DNA of 32,000 bases from contig NC_017039.1 in NCBI RefSeq assembly GCF_000284455.1, forward strand, positions 150,001 to 182,000, in the 5' to 3' direction. Each line of letters opens with the position of its first letter. Position 1 is the first letter of the stretch. The notes under the pieces were generated by a model that ran no database searches, was not told where the DNA came from, and saw nothing but the letters and a program-made list of their open reading frames with translations. The stretch is from Synechocystis sp. PCC 6803 substr. PCC-P. GTDB taxonomy: Bacteria; Cyanobacteriota; Cyanobacteriia; Cyanobacteriales; Microcystaceae. The position numbers and the translations under genes are program-made. This document shows positions 29,734 to 32,000 of the stretch, piece by piece.

Positions 29734-31047
29734 ATGTTCAGATTTGTTCAGGGGCAGGCCCCCCATGCCCTGCACACGTTGGGAACGGGGGCGGCACTTA
29801 GTTGGTTTAAAAGTATTTGTCTGATTTTGGCGGATAACCAGATTCAGTGCCGTGTTTGGGCTAAGTTTAATGGGCAATCCCCCTGGCAAAAGGCGATCGC
29901 CGACTATAGTCAAACGGGGTTATTGAGCCATTTATATTGGTGTCGTTCCGGGGGGGAACCGGGGCCGGTGGCGGGATTGGGACTGAACCTAAAAACAACT
30001 ATCAGTCCATTGCTTTTAGAAGTTGATACCCATTGGCACGGGGAAAGTTTTTTTTGTTTTCTCAGTTCGGACATCAGCCTGTTAATTTTGCTGAATGAAT
30101 CCCCAGAAAACCCCAAAGTGGTAAATATTTTGCAAAGCTTTTCCCCCCGGTTGATTGGACATTTTTTGAGTCAACTAAAGCAATTATTGGTGGTGGCGGA
30201 CGATTTACCAGTGGATTTGTTCGCAACGGAAGAACTCCCCCCCAGCGCTGATTTAGATCTGGTTAACCAATTGGTGCAAGGGATGGGACCACCCCTTAGA
30301 AAAAGTACGGCCGATGATCCTAAGCCGTCAAATTACACGGCGATCGCCAACTCCTTTGGAATTAGTTTAATTAGAGAATTGGGTATTCCCCTGACCAATG
30401 CGAAAACAGCTTTACAATTGCTGGAATCTTTTCAACAAAAAAAGGAACTCCGCCAGCGATATTTAGACTTAATTAGGCAAAACTGCGATCGCCAAACGGA
30501 TTTGATCACTGGCTTGCAGGACTTGTTGGAAATTGATGCCACTGCCCCCTCCCCGGAATCGGTGCCCATTGCCGATTGCATTAGGAGTGTAATCGGTATT
30601 TACCAACCCATTGCCGCTGAAAAATCAATCACCTTAAATTCCACTGTGGTAGAAAACTGTCCTCCAGTGGCCTGTTCTCGGGCGGATTTGCAAGCCATAC
30701 TGCAAAGATTGCTGGAAAATGCCCTGCAATTCACTGACCCTGGGGGGCAGGTACAAATTAAAGCCTATCACCAGGGATTTCAGGTGGAAATTGTGGTGAA
30801 TGATAATGGTTGTGGCATTGCCATGGCGGACATTCCCCATTTATTTGATTGTTTTTTCCGGGGTCAAAATACGTCCTCGGCAACCCAGGGAGCGGGGCTT
30901 GGTTTGACCATTGTCCATCGCCTAGTGGAACGTTGGAGCGGCAAAATTACTGTCCACAGTCGCCCCAAACAAGGTAGTAATTTCCACATTTTTTTGCCAG
31001 CTATGGTGGATAATTCCCTCGGCCACCGTTTTGTCCTCAGTAACTAG
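29734..31047 (+). CDS. Histidine-kinase-like protein (intact HATPase_c domain, H-box lacking histidine), soluble
   Basis: N box LLENALQFT, G1 VNDNGCGI, F box LFDCFFRG and G2 GAGLGLTIV are present. The DHp H-box reads ISLIRELGIPLT, with Arg where His is expected. No TM segments are present. The start is ATG 29734 (the track uses TTG 29716). Confidence 0.8.
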   Translation: MFRFVQGQAPHALHTLGTGAALSWFKSICLILADNQIQCRVWAKFNGQSPWQKAIADYSQTGLLSHLYWCRSGGEPGPVAGLGLNLKTTISPLLLEVDTHWHGESFFCFLSSDISLLILLNESPENPKVVNILQSFSPRLIGHFLSQLKQLLVVADDLPVDLFATEELPPSADLDLVNQLVQGMGPPLRKSTADDPKPSNYTAIANSFGISLIRELGIPLTNAKTALQLLESFQQKKELRQRYLDLIRQNCDRQTDLITGLQDLLEIDATAPSPESVPIADCIRSVIGIYQPIAAEKSITLNSTVVENCPPVACSRADLQAILQRLLENALQFTDPGGQVQIKAYHQGFQVEIVVNDNGCGIAMADIPHLFDCFFRGQNTSSATQGAGLGLTIVHRLVERWSGKITVHSRPKQGSNFHIFLPAMVDNSLGHRFVLSN

Positions 31048-31096
31048 GTTTTACGCTCTGATGTCGTGATTTGTGGGTCTTGATCCGCCGTTGCCA

Positions 31097-32000
31097 ATGT
31101 TGTTTAAATCCCGCCGTAATCTGGTTATTCTTCTGGCGATCGCCGTGGTGGCGGTGGCGGCGCTGCTGTGGACTGGGCCGGGCCAGGCCGACCATCTGCA
31201 AGGGTCCACCTATAGTACTACTCCAGGGGGCTATGGGGCTTGGTGGCAATGGATGGAAAAAGCTGGAACTCCGGTGCAACGATGGCGCAAACCCGGAGAC
31301 AAGTTAACGACCCTCTCTAGTCCGGCAACTTTGCTGAAAATTAACCCTAGGTCCATCCTCAACTTTTCTCCCTATGATGACGGTGGCAGTATTAACCCCA
31401 GCGAATCTGAATGGGTAGCCCAGGGTAATCGTTTGGTTTACCTGGGACGATGGGCGGAATTAACCGATGCTCCCTTTACCCAAACCGTAGTAACAGACCA
31501 GGGCCCCATAAGTATTCAGGGAAGACGGAGATCGCCACAGCAGGAAGGCAAAATATTAGCGGACAAATACGGCACCTTAATTTGGCGGCAACGGCAAGGC
31601 AAAGGAGAAATTATCTGGGTAGTACCTCCCTTTTTGGCGGCTAATGCTTTTCAGGATGAACCGGCTAACTTTGCCCTGCTCCAATCTTTGCTAACTGAAG
31701 GCCATAATCCCCTGTGGGTGGATGAATATTTACACGGCTATAAGGACGCAGAAACTCTCCAGCAGGAAGGGGTGGAATCGGTGTGGGCCTATCTGCAAAA
31801 CACTCCCCTACTACTCATTTTTCTGCAATCCTTAGTGGTGGTGACACTCCTAGCTATTTTTGGGAATCGGCGTTTTGGCCAACCCCAAACTCCCCCTAGC
31901 CTGGCCAGTAACAATAACCAAGCCTATATCAATGCCCTCGCCCAGGTCTTGGAAAAAGGCGATCGCCCCCAATTTGTGGTGCAACAGTTGCTCCAGGCAG
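31097..32000 (+). CDS. DUF4350-like membrane protein (3' end beyond the window)
   Basis: My own translation from ATG 31097 is MLFKSRRNLVILLAIAVVAVAALLWTGPGQADHLQGSTYSTTPGGYGAWWQWMEKAGTPVQRWRKP...WVDEYLHGYKD...LLLIFLQSLVVVTLLAIFGNRRFG... It remains open to position 32000. It has an N-terminal TM and a second TM. The family call is from memory. It is absent from the track because it is open-ended. Confidence 0.55.
   Translation, partial: MLFKSRRNLVILLAIAVVAVAALLWTGPGQADHLQGSTYSTTPGGYGAWWQWMEKAGTPVQRWRKPGDKLTTLSSPATLLKINPRSILNFSPYDDGGSINPSESEWVAQGNRLVYLGRWAELTDAPFTQTVVTDQGPISIQGRRRSPQQEGKILADKYGTLIWRQRQGKGEIIWVVPPFLAANAFQDEPANFALLQSLLTEGHNPLWVDEYLHGYKDAETLQQEGVESVWAYLQNTPLLLIFLQSLVVVTLLAIFGNRRFGQPQTPPSLASNNNQAYINALAQVLEKGDRPQFVVQQLLQA

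Overview
This is a cyanobacterial chromosomal core region. Gene content, gene order and the density of the HIP1 octamer GCGATCGC match what I recall of Synechocystis sp. PCC 6803; that identification is from memory, not a search. All product calls come from reading motifs in the supplied translations and from my own translation of regions missing from the ORF track. Left to right: ycf4 (truncated at the edge), a GH3-family amido-synthetase-like gene behind an orphan amino-acid-binding protein gene, RNase P RNA (rnpB), an LptA-like/lptB pair, cobK, psaK, ndhB, a metallophosphoesterase, the 29-codon petN gene (absent from the track), an RDD protein, PrxQ/BCP, glmS, the flavodiiron operon flv4-(small membrane protein)-flv2, a C-terminal processing protease, a YciO-type gene head-to-head with larC, the eight-gene ATP synthase operon atp1-atpI-H-G-F-D-A-C, then a P-loop NTPase/DUF697 protein, a histidine-kinase-like protein and a DUF4350-like protein running off the right edge. 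I see no transposase, integrase, CRISPR array, tRNA, rRNA or recognisable defence island. Most of the window is well-characterised housekeeping or bioenergetic genes. The least-explained parts are the right-end three-gene cluster, whose kinase-like member has no phospho-acceptor histidine; the GH3-like/binding-protein pair; several unannotated-looking micro-ORFs; and a few tight gene junctions. None of these is demonstrated to be a novel system from sequence alone.
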